DNA of 22,273 bases from Candidatus Hadarchaeales archaeon (GTDB taxonomy: Archaea > Hadarchaeota > Hadarchaeia > Hadarchaeales > Hadarchaeaceae), in NCBI GenBank assembly GCA_038851565.1, contig JAWCKV010000013.1, positions 1-22,273 of the forward strand, read 5' to 3'. The notes beneath the pieces are model-generated. The model was not told the DNA's origin. It saw nothing but the letters and a program-made list of their open reading frames with translations, and did no database searches. Numbering within the stretch: the first letter of the stretch is position 1; each line of letters starts with the position of its first letter. Positions 15,469-22,273 of this stretch are shown here, piece by piece. The translations under genes and the position numbers were made by a program.

Positions 15469-17831
15469 GGGAGTTCAAAGTTGGGCTGAGCACACGCAGG
15501 GCTTTCAAGATCGCTATCCTGCCGGGTCTCATCGCGGTTCTCCTCGGAGCATCGGCGGGATTTGCAGGCGCGGGAAACTGGTCGGTGGCATACGACACGC
15601 CCGAGGGGGGTGTGTACTGCCTTGCGGTATACAATGGGAAGCTTTTCGCGGGCACCGGTACGGATGGCAAAATATACGTTTACGATGGAAATAGTTGGGA
15701 GGTTAGCTACGATTCTTATCAGGAGACCATCATGGCGTTTGCGGTCTACGATGGCAAGCTGTATGCGGCCGGAGAGCCTAATGAATCCATATTTGTTTAC
15801 GACGGGGAGGAATGGACCGAGATGGAGGAGGTCCCCGGGGATCCGGTGTTATGCTTTGGGATATACGGGGGAAAACTTTACGCGGGCACGCAGAGCGGCG
15901 TTTTCGTTTATGAAGGCGGCACCTGGTCTCAGGTTCTGGAATACGGAATGGCGTCATTCGCGGTATACAATAACAAGCTCTACGCAGGGTCATGCGATTC
16001 AGGGGCGGTTTACTCTTTTGACGGGAACTATTGGGTCTTGGTCCACGATCTGATCCAACCCAACGCCATACTATCCTTGACGACGTACCGGGACAGGCTT
16101 TACATCGGCACAAGCGACAGCGGAGCAATATACGTCTCCAACGGGGAGACCTATGCCTTGAGCCATGATGTGCTGGAGCCGTACGTTTATTCGCTGGCGG
16201 TCTATTCTGACAAGCTTTACGCTGGGACAGGGCCCACCGGGTGCATATACAGCTATAACGGAACGGTGTGGGAGCTTAACTTCGACACGCCCGAATCCGA
16301 CATCTTCTCGCTTGCGGTTTACGGAACGAGGCTGTACGCCGGAACCTGGCAGGAGGGGAAGATCTACTGTCTCACGGATTTTGACTTCTCTCTGAGCGCT
16401 TCTTCGGACAACCTTGAGCTCGCACAGAATTCAGTTTCAACAACCGTTTCGGTCTCTCTGGTGTCTCAGGTGACGGAGACCGTAACGCTGAGCGGGGCGT
16501 GGGTGGGAAACGCGCCGACCGGGGTGAGTGCAATGTTCAGCATGACCTCAGGCACTCCTCCCTTCACAAGCACCCTTACTTTCACCAAGAGCGCCAGCGC
16601 GGGAGGTGGTAACTTCACCTACAGGGTCACGGCGTCAGGCGGCGGTCTGACACGAACAAAAGACATCTCCATAAACGTGATCGCGCCTCCATCTTCTCCA
16701 TCGCTGCTCTCCCCGGAGAACGGTGTCACGATAGACACCATCACCCCAACGTTTGACTGGTCCGATGTCTCAGGAACGGATTCCTACACCCTTGAGGTCG
16801 CCACGGACAACGCGTTCACCAACGTTATACTGACAAAGATCACGGCCGAATCAATCGCCACGCTTTCACAGAGCGAGGCGCTGTCATTCGGAACTACCTA
16901 TTACTGGAGAGTCAGGGGATCGAACTCAGCCGGACAGGGGGGCTGGTCGTCGGTGTGGAAATTCATCCCGCTGCTCACAGCTCCAAAGGTATCTGGTTTC
17001 ATGATGGCCGGAGGTGCAACTTTTACAAAGTCCACAACGATCCAGCTTACAATCACCGCCCAGAACGCATCACACATGTCTTTTTCCACCGACATGGCTA
17101 CGTGGACTGACTGGGAGCCATATCAAAGCAACATACCTTACACGCTCTCCGGTCCTGATGGTCTGAAGACTGTATATGTAAGGGTGAAGGACAGTGGGGG
17201 AAACGTGAGCCCGACCATGGCGGGCTCAATAACGCTGGACCAGACTTCTCCGCTGTCACAAAAGGACCTTGTTGGAGACCTCGGTCCTGAAGGATACAGG
17301 GGCTCCGTTGTCATAACTCTCTCAGCAATCGATGCGACCTCTGGTGTAGATAGGATAGTCTACAGAGTTGACGGAGGCGAGTGGAAATCGGCCAGCGCGC
17401 GCGAGGTATCATTTCCGATAACCTCCGGAGGCACACACACCGTGGAGTACTACTCCGTGGACATGGCCGGCAACGAGGAAACGGTCAGGTCATTTGAAGT
17501 AAAGGTACACGTCCCGGGAGCCATCCCAGAATACGTCTGGGTCATACCCGGTGTGGCGGCTGTGGCCGGAGTGGCGGTGTTTTATGCCACAAGAGGCATG
17601 AGGCTCAGGCGCAGGCTTGCCTCGATAAAAATCGAGAAGGAGGAACTCGCAAAAATGAAAAAGGAGGCGGAGACGAAGTTCTACAAGGAGGCCACGATGT
17701 CGCGCGAGACCTTTGACTCGCTCATGGCCGAGTACAGAAGGAAAATGGCTGAGCTGGAAAAGGAGGAAGGGCTGCTCCGCAGAAAAATAGGAAAAAAGGC
17801 AAAAAGCGCCGGGATGAGTGGTAAACGATGA
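15465..17831 (+). CDS. type-I membrane surface protein: signal peptide, 7-blade Kelch-like beta-propeller, four Ig-like/FN3-like domains, TM helix, cytoplasmic coiled-coil tail
   Basis: 788 aa. The N-terminal hydrophobic signal is AFKIAILPGLIAVLLGASAGFAGA. Seven repeats of about 45 aa follow the pattern (S/A)xAVYxxKLYAGTxxxGxIYVYDGxxW. The tandem beta-sandwich-like modules of about 95 aa include YYWRVRGSNSAGQGGWSSVWKF (FN3-like) and ITLSAIDATSGVDRIVYRVDGGEW...GTHTVEYYSVDMAGNEE (Big-like). The TM helix is VWVIPGVAAVAGVAVFYA, followed by the charged tail RLRRRLASIKIEKEELAKMKKEAE... Confidence 0.85.
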   Translation: MREFKVGLSTRRAFKIAILPGLIAVLLGASAGFAGAGNWSVAYDTPEGGVYCLAVYNGKLFAGTGTDGKIYVYDGNSWEVSYDSYQETIMAFAVYDGKLYAAGEPNESIFVYDGEEWTEMEEVPGDPVLCFGIYGGKLYAGTQSGVFVYEGGTWSQVLEYGMASFAVYNNKLYAGSCDSGAVYSFDGNYWVLVHDLIQPNAILSLTTYRDRLYIGTSDSGAIYVSNGETYALSHDVLEPYVYSLAVYSDKLYAGTGPTGCIYSYNGTVWELNFDTPESDIFSLAVYGTRLYAGTWQEGKIYCLTDFDFSLSASSDNLELAQNSVSTTVSVSLVSQVTETVTLSGAWVGNAPTGVSAMFSMTSGTPPFTSTLTFTKSASAGGGNFTYRVTASGGGLTRTKDISINVIAPPSSPSLLSPENGVTIDTITPTFDWSDVSGTDSYTLEVATDNAFTNVILTKITAESIATLSQSEALSFGTTYYWRVRGSNSAGQGGWSSVWKFIPLLTAPKVSGFMMAGGATFTKSTTIQLTITAQNASHMSFSTDMATWTDWEPYQSNIPYTLSGPDGLKTVYVRVKDSGGNVSPTMAGSITLDQTSPLSQKDLVGDLGPEGYRGSVVITLSAIDATSGVDRIVYRVDGGEWKSASAREVSFPITSGGTHTVEYYSVDMAGNEETVRSFEVKVHVPGAIPEYVWVIPGVAAVAGVAVFYATRGMRLRRRLASIKIEKEELAKMKKEAETKFYKEATMSRETFDSLMAEYRRKMAELEKEEGLLRRKIGKKAKSAGMSGKR
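15600..16390 (+). repeat. seven tandem protein-level repeats of about 45 aa (Kelch-type propeller blades) within the surface-protein gene
   Basis: Reading the translation gives the repeats CLAVYNGKLFAGTGTDGKIYVYDGNSW, FAVYDGKLYAAGEPNESIFVYDGEEW, FGIYGGKLYAGTQSGVFVYEGGTW, FAVYNNKLYAGSCDSGAVYSFDGNYW, LTTYRDRLYIGTSDSGAIYVSNGETY, LAVYSDKLYAGTGPTGCIYSYNGTVW and LAVYGTRLYAGTWQEGKIYCLTDF. DNA-level identity between units is only moderate. Confidence 0.75.
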
Positions 17832-18196
17832 AGCGGATCATGATAGTCGACGACGAGCCAGGCGTGAGGACATCGGTCAGGTTCCTTCTGGAGGCCAACG
17901 GCTTCAGCGTCGTTGAGGCCTCGGGAGGTCATCAGGCTCTGGAGATCCTGAAGAGGGAGAAGGTTGATCTTGTCCTGATAGACTTCCTCATGCCTGAAAT
18001 GAGCGGAAGGGAACTGGCCGAGAGGATAAGGGGGGATCCGAAGCTGAGGGACCTCAAGCTCGTCTTCCTCACAGTTGCCACTCTGGGCGAGGCCGGAAAG
18101 GAGGAATTGAAGAAGCTCAACATACTTGATTACATCACGAAACCTTACGACAACCGGGACTTAGTAAGCAGAATCACCAGGGTGCTGAGCAAGTAG
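17828..18196 (+). CDS. stand-alone CheY-like response-regulator receiver domain
   Basis: 122 aa with MIVDDEP (acidic pocket), LVLIDFLMP (phospho-acceptor Asp), FLT and TKP, the canonical receiver residues. Its ATGA overlaps the upstream gene. Confidence 0.9.
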   Translation: MKRIMIVDDEPGVRTSVRFLLEANGFSVVEASGGHQALEILKREKVDLVLIDFLMPEMSGRELAERIRGDPKLRDLKLVFLTVATLGEAGKEELKKLNILDYITKPYDNRDLVSRITRVLSK

Positions 18197-18231
18197 GACC
18201 GTCCCAAACCCATCGCGGTTCCGCACACTGC

Positions 18232-18264
18232 GACTATTTTTTATCTCAAGGAGATATACATAAA
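18232..18264 (+). promoter_or_regulatory. oligo-T tract (TTTTTT at 18237-18242; candidate archaeal terminator for the receiver gene and/or TATA-like box) followed by ATATACATAAAA upstream of the FIST gene
   Basis: This is the only AT-rich stretch in the 73-nt gap. The T6 run is followed by an AAGGAG SD-like motif and an ATG at 18270. Confidence 0.35.
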
Positions 18265-18269
18265 ACTGA

Positions 18270-19613
18270 ATGTCGGGCCGCATCAAGTTGATTGTTGTCG
18301 TGGCTCTCTGCGCAATCGTCGCCGCACTGGCCGTCTCAGTTTCAGCCCCTCCTCTGTCCACCATCCAGACAATTCCTCCCCCTGAGAGGCTGCAGGGGTC
18401 GCGCGGAGTCTTCTCCTGTGCCGGTTATGGCTGGAGCACAAATGGAGACCCATTCGAGGCGGTCAGTGAGGCTGCTGAAAAGGTAAGGGAGGTCATGGGC
18501 GAAAACGAGCCGGGGTTCCTGTTTCTTTTCTGCTCATCCAGATACGATGAAGACGCCGTTCTCCAGGAGACCCGGCGCCAGTTCCCTGGAGCAAAGGTAT
18601 ATGGAGGGACATCATCGCTTGGGGTCATGACTTCAGCCGGCTTCCACCTCTCGGACAACGGCTCTCTGGTCATTATGGGAATCCACTCCTCCAGGATCAC
18701 CTTAGGAGTGGGACATGCCAGTTTCGATGAGCTCCCGCCTGAGAACGCGGGGGAGGTCGCGGTGAGGAGGGCGATGGAGGACGCGGGAAGAGAAGGAGAA
18801 ATGCCGGCAATCATCCTTGTGACGATGGCGCCGGGAAATGAGGAGGCCGTGCTGAGCGGCATAGCGGGCGTAGTCGGTGAAAACGTTCCGGTGTTCGGAG
18901 GGAGCTCCGCAGATGACGATCTCAGCGGAAAGTGGAAGCAGTTTGCGAACGACACGGTTCTGAGCAACGGAGTCGCACTGGCTGCCGTGTTCACGGACCT
19001 GTGCACCTGCTATCACTACGCCACCGTGTACGAGGTCACGGAACGCGAAGGCACGATCACGAGCGCCCAGGGCAGGACCATATATGAAATCGACGGACTG
19101 CCAGCAGCCGAGGTCTATAACTCCTGGACCGGGGGACTCATCAGCGAAAAGCTGGAGAACGGCGGGTCGATAATAGTGGAGGCATCTTACTGGCCGCTGG
19201 CAAAGGTGGTGAGAGGCCCTATCGGAAGAACGTTCCGGGTGTCGATGCATCCGGTATACGTGGAGAACGGTGCGATAACGGTCTATGCCGAAGTGGAAAA
19301 CGGCATGAAAGTATCACTTCTGCACGGCAGCTGGGAGCTTCTGCTGAATCAGTCGGGCAGGACCGCGAAGAAGGCGTCAGAGATGTGTACGGGCCGTGGG
19401 ATCTTCGCGATATTCACCCACTGTGCGGGAACGATGATGGCGATACCCGAGGACGAAAGGCCGAAGATACCGCTGCTGGTTGCGCAGGGTATCGGCGAGA
19501 CGCCGTTCATCGGAGCCTTCACCTTTGGAGAGCAGGGCTTCGTGGAGGACGTTGGAAACGTCCACGGAAATCTGACTGACTGGATATTATTCTTCTCAGA
19601 GGAGGTGCCCTGA
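18270..19613 (+). CDS. FIST-domain (FIST_N plus FIST_C) sensor protein with N-terminal signal peptide or signal anchor
   Basis: 447 aa. The N-terminal hydrophobic segment is [27 protein letters not shown]-like features are [12 protein letters not shown]...[21 protein letters not shown]-like features are [16 protein letters not shown]...[28 protein letters not shown]. Confidence 0.8.
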   Translation: MSGRIKLIVVVALCAIVAALAVSVSAPPLSTIQTIPPPERLQGSRGVFSCAGYGWSTNGDPFEAVSEAAEKVREVMGENEPGFLFLFCSSRYDEDAVLQETRRQFPGAKVYGGTSSLGVMTSAGFHLSDNGSLVIMGIHSSRITLGVGHASFDELPPENAGEVAVRRAMEDAGREGEMPAIILVTMAPGNEEAVLSGIAGVVGENVPVFGGSSADDDLSGKWKQFANDTVLSNGVALAAVFTDLCTCYHYATVYEVTEREGTITSAQGRTIYEIDGLPAAEVYNSWTGGLISEKLENGGSIIVEASYWPLAKVVRGPIGRTFRVSMHPVYVENGAITVYAEVENGMKVSLLHGSWELLLNQSGRTAKKASEMCTGRGIFAIFTHCAGTMMAIPEDERPKIPLLVAQGIGETPFIGAFTFGEQGFVEDVGNVHGNLTDWILFFSEEVP

Positions 19614-19614
19614 C

Positions 19615-21123
19615 TTGGCCGGGCTTCGGGTTCATTGGCCCAGAAGTATCGTTTACAGGATAGGCCTCGTCGGGCTTCTGCTGACGGCTCTCGGCTCTGC
19701 GCTCGGAGGATATCTGTACACTGAGTTCCAAACCCGCATCATGGAGCGTGAGCTCACCGATAGGACCCTTACCATAGCCGAAGTTGCGGCCAGGAGCATA
19801 AACACAGGTTACCTCTCGGGCTCGTGGCCCTTCGAGACGCTTTCCTCGGTGGAAGGCTGCGAGGATGTGGAGTTCTGGTGGATCGTCAGGCCCGACGGGA
19901 CCATACAGATTGCAAGCGACGAAACGCTCTGGGGGCACAGGATTGAGAATTTCACCCCGCCGGAGGAGGAAAAGGTCCGGATACGCGACTACGTTTTTGG
20001 CAGCAGCGAAATTAAACTCATAAGCTACCCGCTGAGCATAAAGGACAACGGAGAGCCATGGTGCTTCTGCCTTGGCATGTCCAAGGACTTCGCTGCGAGA
20101 GCCGCTGAGAGCGTTGCGGCCTCTGCCGCCACCGTTTTCACGATCGTGTCATGTCTGCTGGGCACCATCATCGTCTTTTGGTCCCGCAGGTTCGCGCGTC
20201 CCCTGGAGAAGATAAAGCTGGCGATGAAGAGCGCCTCTGAGGGCAACCTCGCCGTCAGCACAGGCGTTACCTCCCAGGACGAGGTTGGGGAGCTCGCGTC
20301 CTCGTGCGACAGGATGATAGCTGGGCTAAAGGAGTACGTGGAGAGGGCGAAACGTGATTCCCTTGAGCTGGGAAGGCGGCAGGCCGAGCTGGAGAGGCTG
20401 AGGTCAATCGACAAGATGAAGGATGATTTTCTCTTCATGACCTCGCACGGGATGAAGACCCCTCTGACTCCGGTGCTTTCCCTGGCGCAGCAGATGCTGG
20501 ACGGCGGGCTCGGCCAGATCACCGAAAGGCAGAGGGAGGCCCTGAAAATAATAGTTCGGGAAGCACAGCGTTTGCAAGTAGATATAGAGGATATCCTGAC
20601 CGCAGCCAGGATGGAGACGGGAGAGCTGGGACTATACAGGGAGCCCGTTCACCTGAAGGAGCTGATCGAGGACACGGTGAAACAGATGGAAACGGCCGCC
20701 TCCCAGAGGAAAATAACGGTGACCGCAGATGTGGGTGAGCTACCGGTGCTCGAGATAGACAGAAGGAGAGTACTCCAAGCTCTCAACCATCTGATCGACA
20801 ACGCCATAAAGTACTCACCTGAGGGGAGCAGGGTTGAAGTTATGGCCAGGGTTGAGGGAGACCACGTCCTGATCAGCGTCCGGGATCAGGGAAAGGGGAT
20901 CTCCAAAGAGGACATGCCCAAGCTCTTCACGAAGTTCTTCCGTGCAGACCCGACGATCGTTGGCTCCGGGCTCGGGCTCTACATAGTTAAGAAAATAGTT
21001 GAGGCGCACGGCGGGAGGATATGGTGCGAGAGCGAGCCGGGCAGAGGCTCAACGTTTTCGTTCACCCTGCCGCTCGGCAGAAACTCCAATCCGTCGTCGG
21101 AAAAACAGGCGTCCGTTGAATAA
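19615..21123 (+). CDS. sensor histidine kinase: two TM helices flanking an extracytoplasmic domain of about 150 aa, HAMP-like linker, DHp and HATPase_c
   Basis: 502 aa. TM1 is [20 protein letters not shown] and TM2 is [18 protein letters not shown]. The H-box is [18 protein letters not shown], the N-box is [12 protein letters not shown], the G1 box is DQGKGI and the G2 box is [21 protein letters not shown]. It starts at TTG 19615, right after the FIST stop codon, with a GAGGAGG RBS about 10 nt upstream. Confidence 0.88.
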   Translation: MAGLRVHWPRSIVYRIGLVGLLLTALGSALGGYLYTEFQTRIMERELTDRTLTIAEVAARSINTGYLSGSWPFETLSSVEGCEDVEFWWIVRPDGTIQIASDETLWGHRIENFTPPEEEKVRIRDYVFGSSEIKLISYPLSIKDNGEPWCFCLGMSKDFAARAAESVAASAATVFTIVSCLLGTIIVFWSRRFARPLEKIKLAMKSASEGNLAVSTGVTSQDEVGELASSCDRMIAGLKEYVERAKRDSLELGRRQAELERLRSIDKMKDDFLFMTSHGMKTPLTPVLSLAQQMLDGGLGQITERQREALKIIVREAQRLQVDIEDILTAARMETGELGLYREPVHLKELIEDTVKQMETAASQRKITVTADVGELPVLEIDRRRVLQALNHLIDNAIKYSPEGSRVEVMARVEGDHVLISVRDQGKGISKEDMPKLFTKFFRADPTIVGSGLGLYIVKKIVEAHGGRIWCESEPGRGSTFSFTLPLGRNSNPSSEKQASVE

Positions 21124-21160
21124 ACTTTTATGCAAAGAGGCTAACGTATCGGCTGATGTG

Positions 21161-22273
21161 ATGATGGAATCAAGAGGGGTAAGCGTTCCAATCGTAGTTG
21201 CCGCAATACTCATTGTCGCAATCGCACTCGGTGCCGGGTACTTTCTGATTTTTTCCGTCAAGCCGGCTGCGGAAAATCAGCCTGGTCCGCCAGTTCCCGA
21301 CAATCAGCCCGGAGGCCAGGGACCATCTGGTCCGCAGGTCGGTCCGGGCGGGATAACGGTCGAGTTCACCGGGGCCGCATACAGGACTACCGGCGGAGAA
21401 ACTTCAGGCTGGTTCCACACGGGTCAGGATGCGGATATCATGCTCTCGGGGATAGACTTCAACAACACCGGCGGGCCTCTCCTGTTTAATCACCCGTCTG
21501 GGATAGCAACCGACGGTCAGCGGCTTTTCCTCGCCGACACATTCAACAACAGGGTGCTCGTCTGGAACACCCTGCCTGCCGGAAACGTGCCGCCAGACCT
21601 CGTGCTCGGGCAACCGGACTTCACGTCAAATAACCCCGGCACCGGCAGAAACCAGCTCAACTGGCCTTTCGGCGTTGCCACGGACGGGACACATTTAGTG
21701 GTTGCAGACGTCAACAACGCCCGCATTCTCATATGGAACAGCATGCCTGCCCAGAACGCTGCCCCTGCGGACATCGTGCTCGAGGGCGGAGGGTCATACT
21801 GGACACCACGGGGGGAGAGCGATCTGCCGGGAGGGTCCTGGTGCGTGTGGACCAACGGCCAAAAGCTGGTGGTGAGCAACACATGGGCAGGAGGATCTGT
21901 ACTGATCTGGAACACATTTCCCACGCGGGACAACCAGCGGGCGGATATAGTGCTCACTGGAGGTGGAGACATGGGGACGCCAAGGCACATAACCAGCGAT
22001 GGCAACTGTCTGATAGTTGGAGATCACAACGCCAGCGTAGAGGGAGAACACAGCCACGGATCCTTCTTCTGGAGCACATTCCCCACCACCGATGATCAAC
22101 CCTATGACTTCTTCATGTCAAAGGGATTCGGCTGGCTGCGGGGAGCATTTCTAAGCGATGGGAAACTCCTGCTCCTCGGTGGAGAACGCCCGGAGCTGAG
22201 GATATGGAACTCGTTTCCGCAGAGCAAAGATGATGAGGCAGACACGGTGCTTGAGCTCAGAAGCGCCCAGCTC
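21161..22273 (+). CDS. signal-anchored extracytoplasmic NHL-repeat beta-propeller protein; 5' part only, continues beyond the window end
   Basis: This ORF is not in the supplied track because it has no in-window stop. I translated it by hand as MMESRGVSVPIVVAAILIVAIALGAGYFLIF (TM), then a Pro/Gly-rich linker, then repeats FNHPSGIATDGQRLFLADTFNNRVLVWN, LNWPFGVATDGTHLVVADVNNARILIWN, VLIWNTFPTRDNQRADIVL, LRIWNSFPQSKDDEADTVL. This NHL-like pattern is P.G.A.D...L.VAD..N.R...W. Confidence 0.7.
   Translation, partial: MMESRGVSVPIVVAAILIVAIALGAGYFLIFSVKPAAENQPGPPVPDNQPGGQGPSGPQVGPGGITVEFTGAAYRTTGGETSGWFHTGQDADIMLSGIDFNNTGGPLLFNHPSGIATDGQRLFLADTFNNRVLVWNTLPAGNVPPDLVLGQPDFTSNNPGTGRNQLNWPFGVATDGTHLVVADVNNARILIWNSMPAQNAAPADIVLEGGGSYWTPRGESDLPGGSWCVWTNGQKLVVSNTWAGGSVLIWNTFPTRDNQRADIVLTGGGDMGTPRHITSDGNCLIVGDHNASVEGEHSHGSFFWSTFPTTDDQPYDFFMSKGFGWLRGAFLSDGKLLLLGGERPELRIWNSFPQSKDDEADTVLELRSAQL

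Noticed and set aside
15600-16390. Possible DNA-level tandem repeat or CRISPR-like periodicity in the propeller region
   Set aside because: The periodicity is at the protein level, as blades of about 135 nt. Nucleotide identity between units is modest. There are no short identical direct repeats with unique spacers, so this is not a CRISPR array or a recent DNA duplication.
18197-18269. Intergenic gaps checked for tRNA or small RNA genes: 5609-5675, 7943-7991, 9521-9561, 11717-11767, 13952-14020, 18197-18269, 21124-21160
   Set aside because: All gaps are 75 nt or shorter. None shows tRNA hallmarks (GTTCxAxxC T-loop, CCA-proximal acceptor pairing). They are better explained as promoter, RBS or terminator spacers.
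21517-22099. Minus-strand ORFs (162 aa and 101 aa) at the 3' end
   Set aside because: They are antisense to the hand-translated NHL-repeat gene, which has a TM anchor and a repeated IWNxxP motif. The antisense frames have no features.
1-22273. Mobile elements or an integrated island
   Set aside because: I saw no transposase, integrase or recombinase signatures, and no obvious long terminal direct or inverted repeats. Composition looks uniform by eye. The accessory-looking clusters are embedded between housekeeping genes without recognisable mobility genes.

Overview
GC-rich, gene-dense window with about 22 protein-coding genes, most likely from an archaeon. I saw no rRNA genes or CRISPR array. 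I saw no tRNA: every intergenic gap is under about 75 nt. I saw no transposase or integrase.

The archaeal assignment rests on the gene set (Hel308/Hjm helicase, Elp3, GPN-loop GTPase, GTP-dependent PEP carboxykinase, Lrp/AsnC regulator, single-domain KaiC-like ATPases), on AT-rich TATA-like elements about 25-40 nt upstream of start codons, and on GGAGG-type ribosome-binding sites. AGG/AGA Arg codons are common. Several genes are joined by 1-4 nt ATGA/GTGA/TGATG overlaps.

Layout:
- 1-357 (+): 3' fragment of a HerA-like ATPase.
- 386-5608 (-): four-gene operon (PEP carboxykinase, purC, class-I aspartate aminotransferase, divergent LeuA/homocitrate-synthase-like enzyme).
- 5676-6149 (+): lrp, convergent with a GPN-loop GTPase.
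- 7370-10080 (+): a membrane-associated module (SpoOM-like protein, coiled-coil protein, SPFH/Band7 COG4260/YdjI-like protein, two-TM protein). Three of its four proteins end in a C-terminal zinc ribbon.
- 10082-13951: elp3 (-) and hel308 (+), divergent.
- 14021-22273 (+): a co-directional signalling cluster. It runs: Walker-A-less KaiC paralog, KaiC-like ATPase, 788-aa surface protein (7-blade Kelch-like propeller, four Ig/FN3-like domains, TM, cytoplasmic coiled-coil tail), CheY-like receiver, signal-anchored FIST-domain protein, sensor histidine kinase, and a signal-anchored NHL-repeat propeller protein that runs off the window.

The two most interesting candidates for an undescribed system are this KaiC/propeller/FIST/histidine-kinase cell-surface sensing cluster and the Zn-ribbon/SPFH membrane module. 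All functional calls come from reading motifs in the supplied translations. I ran no database searches.
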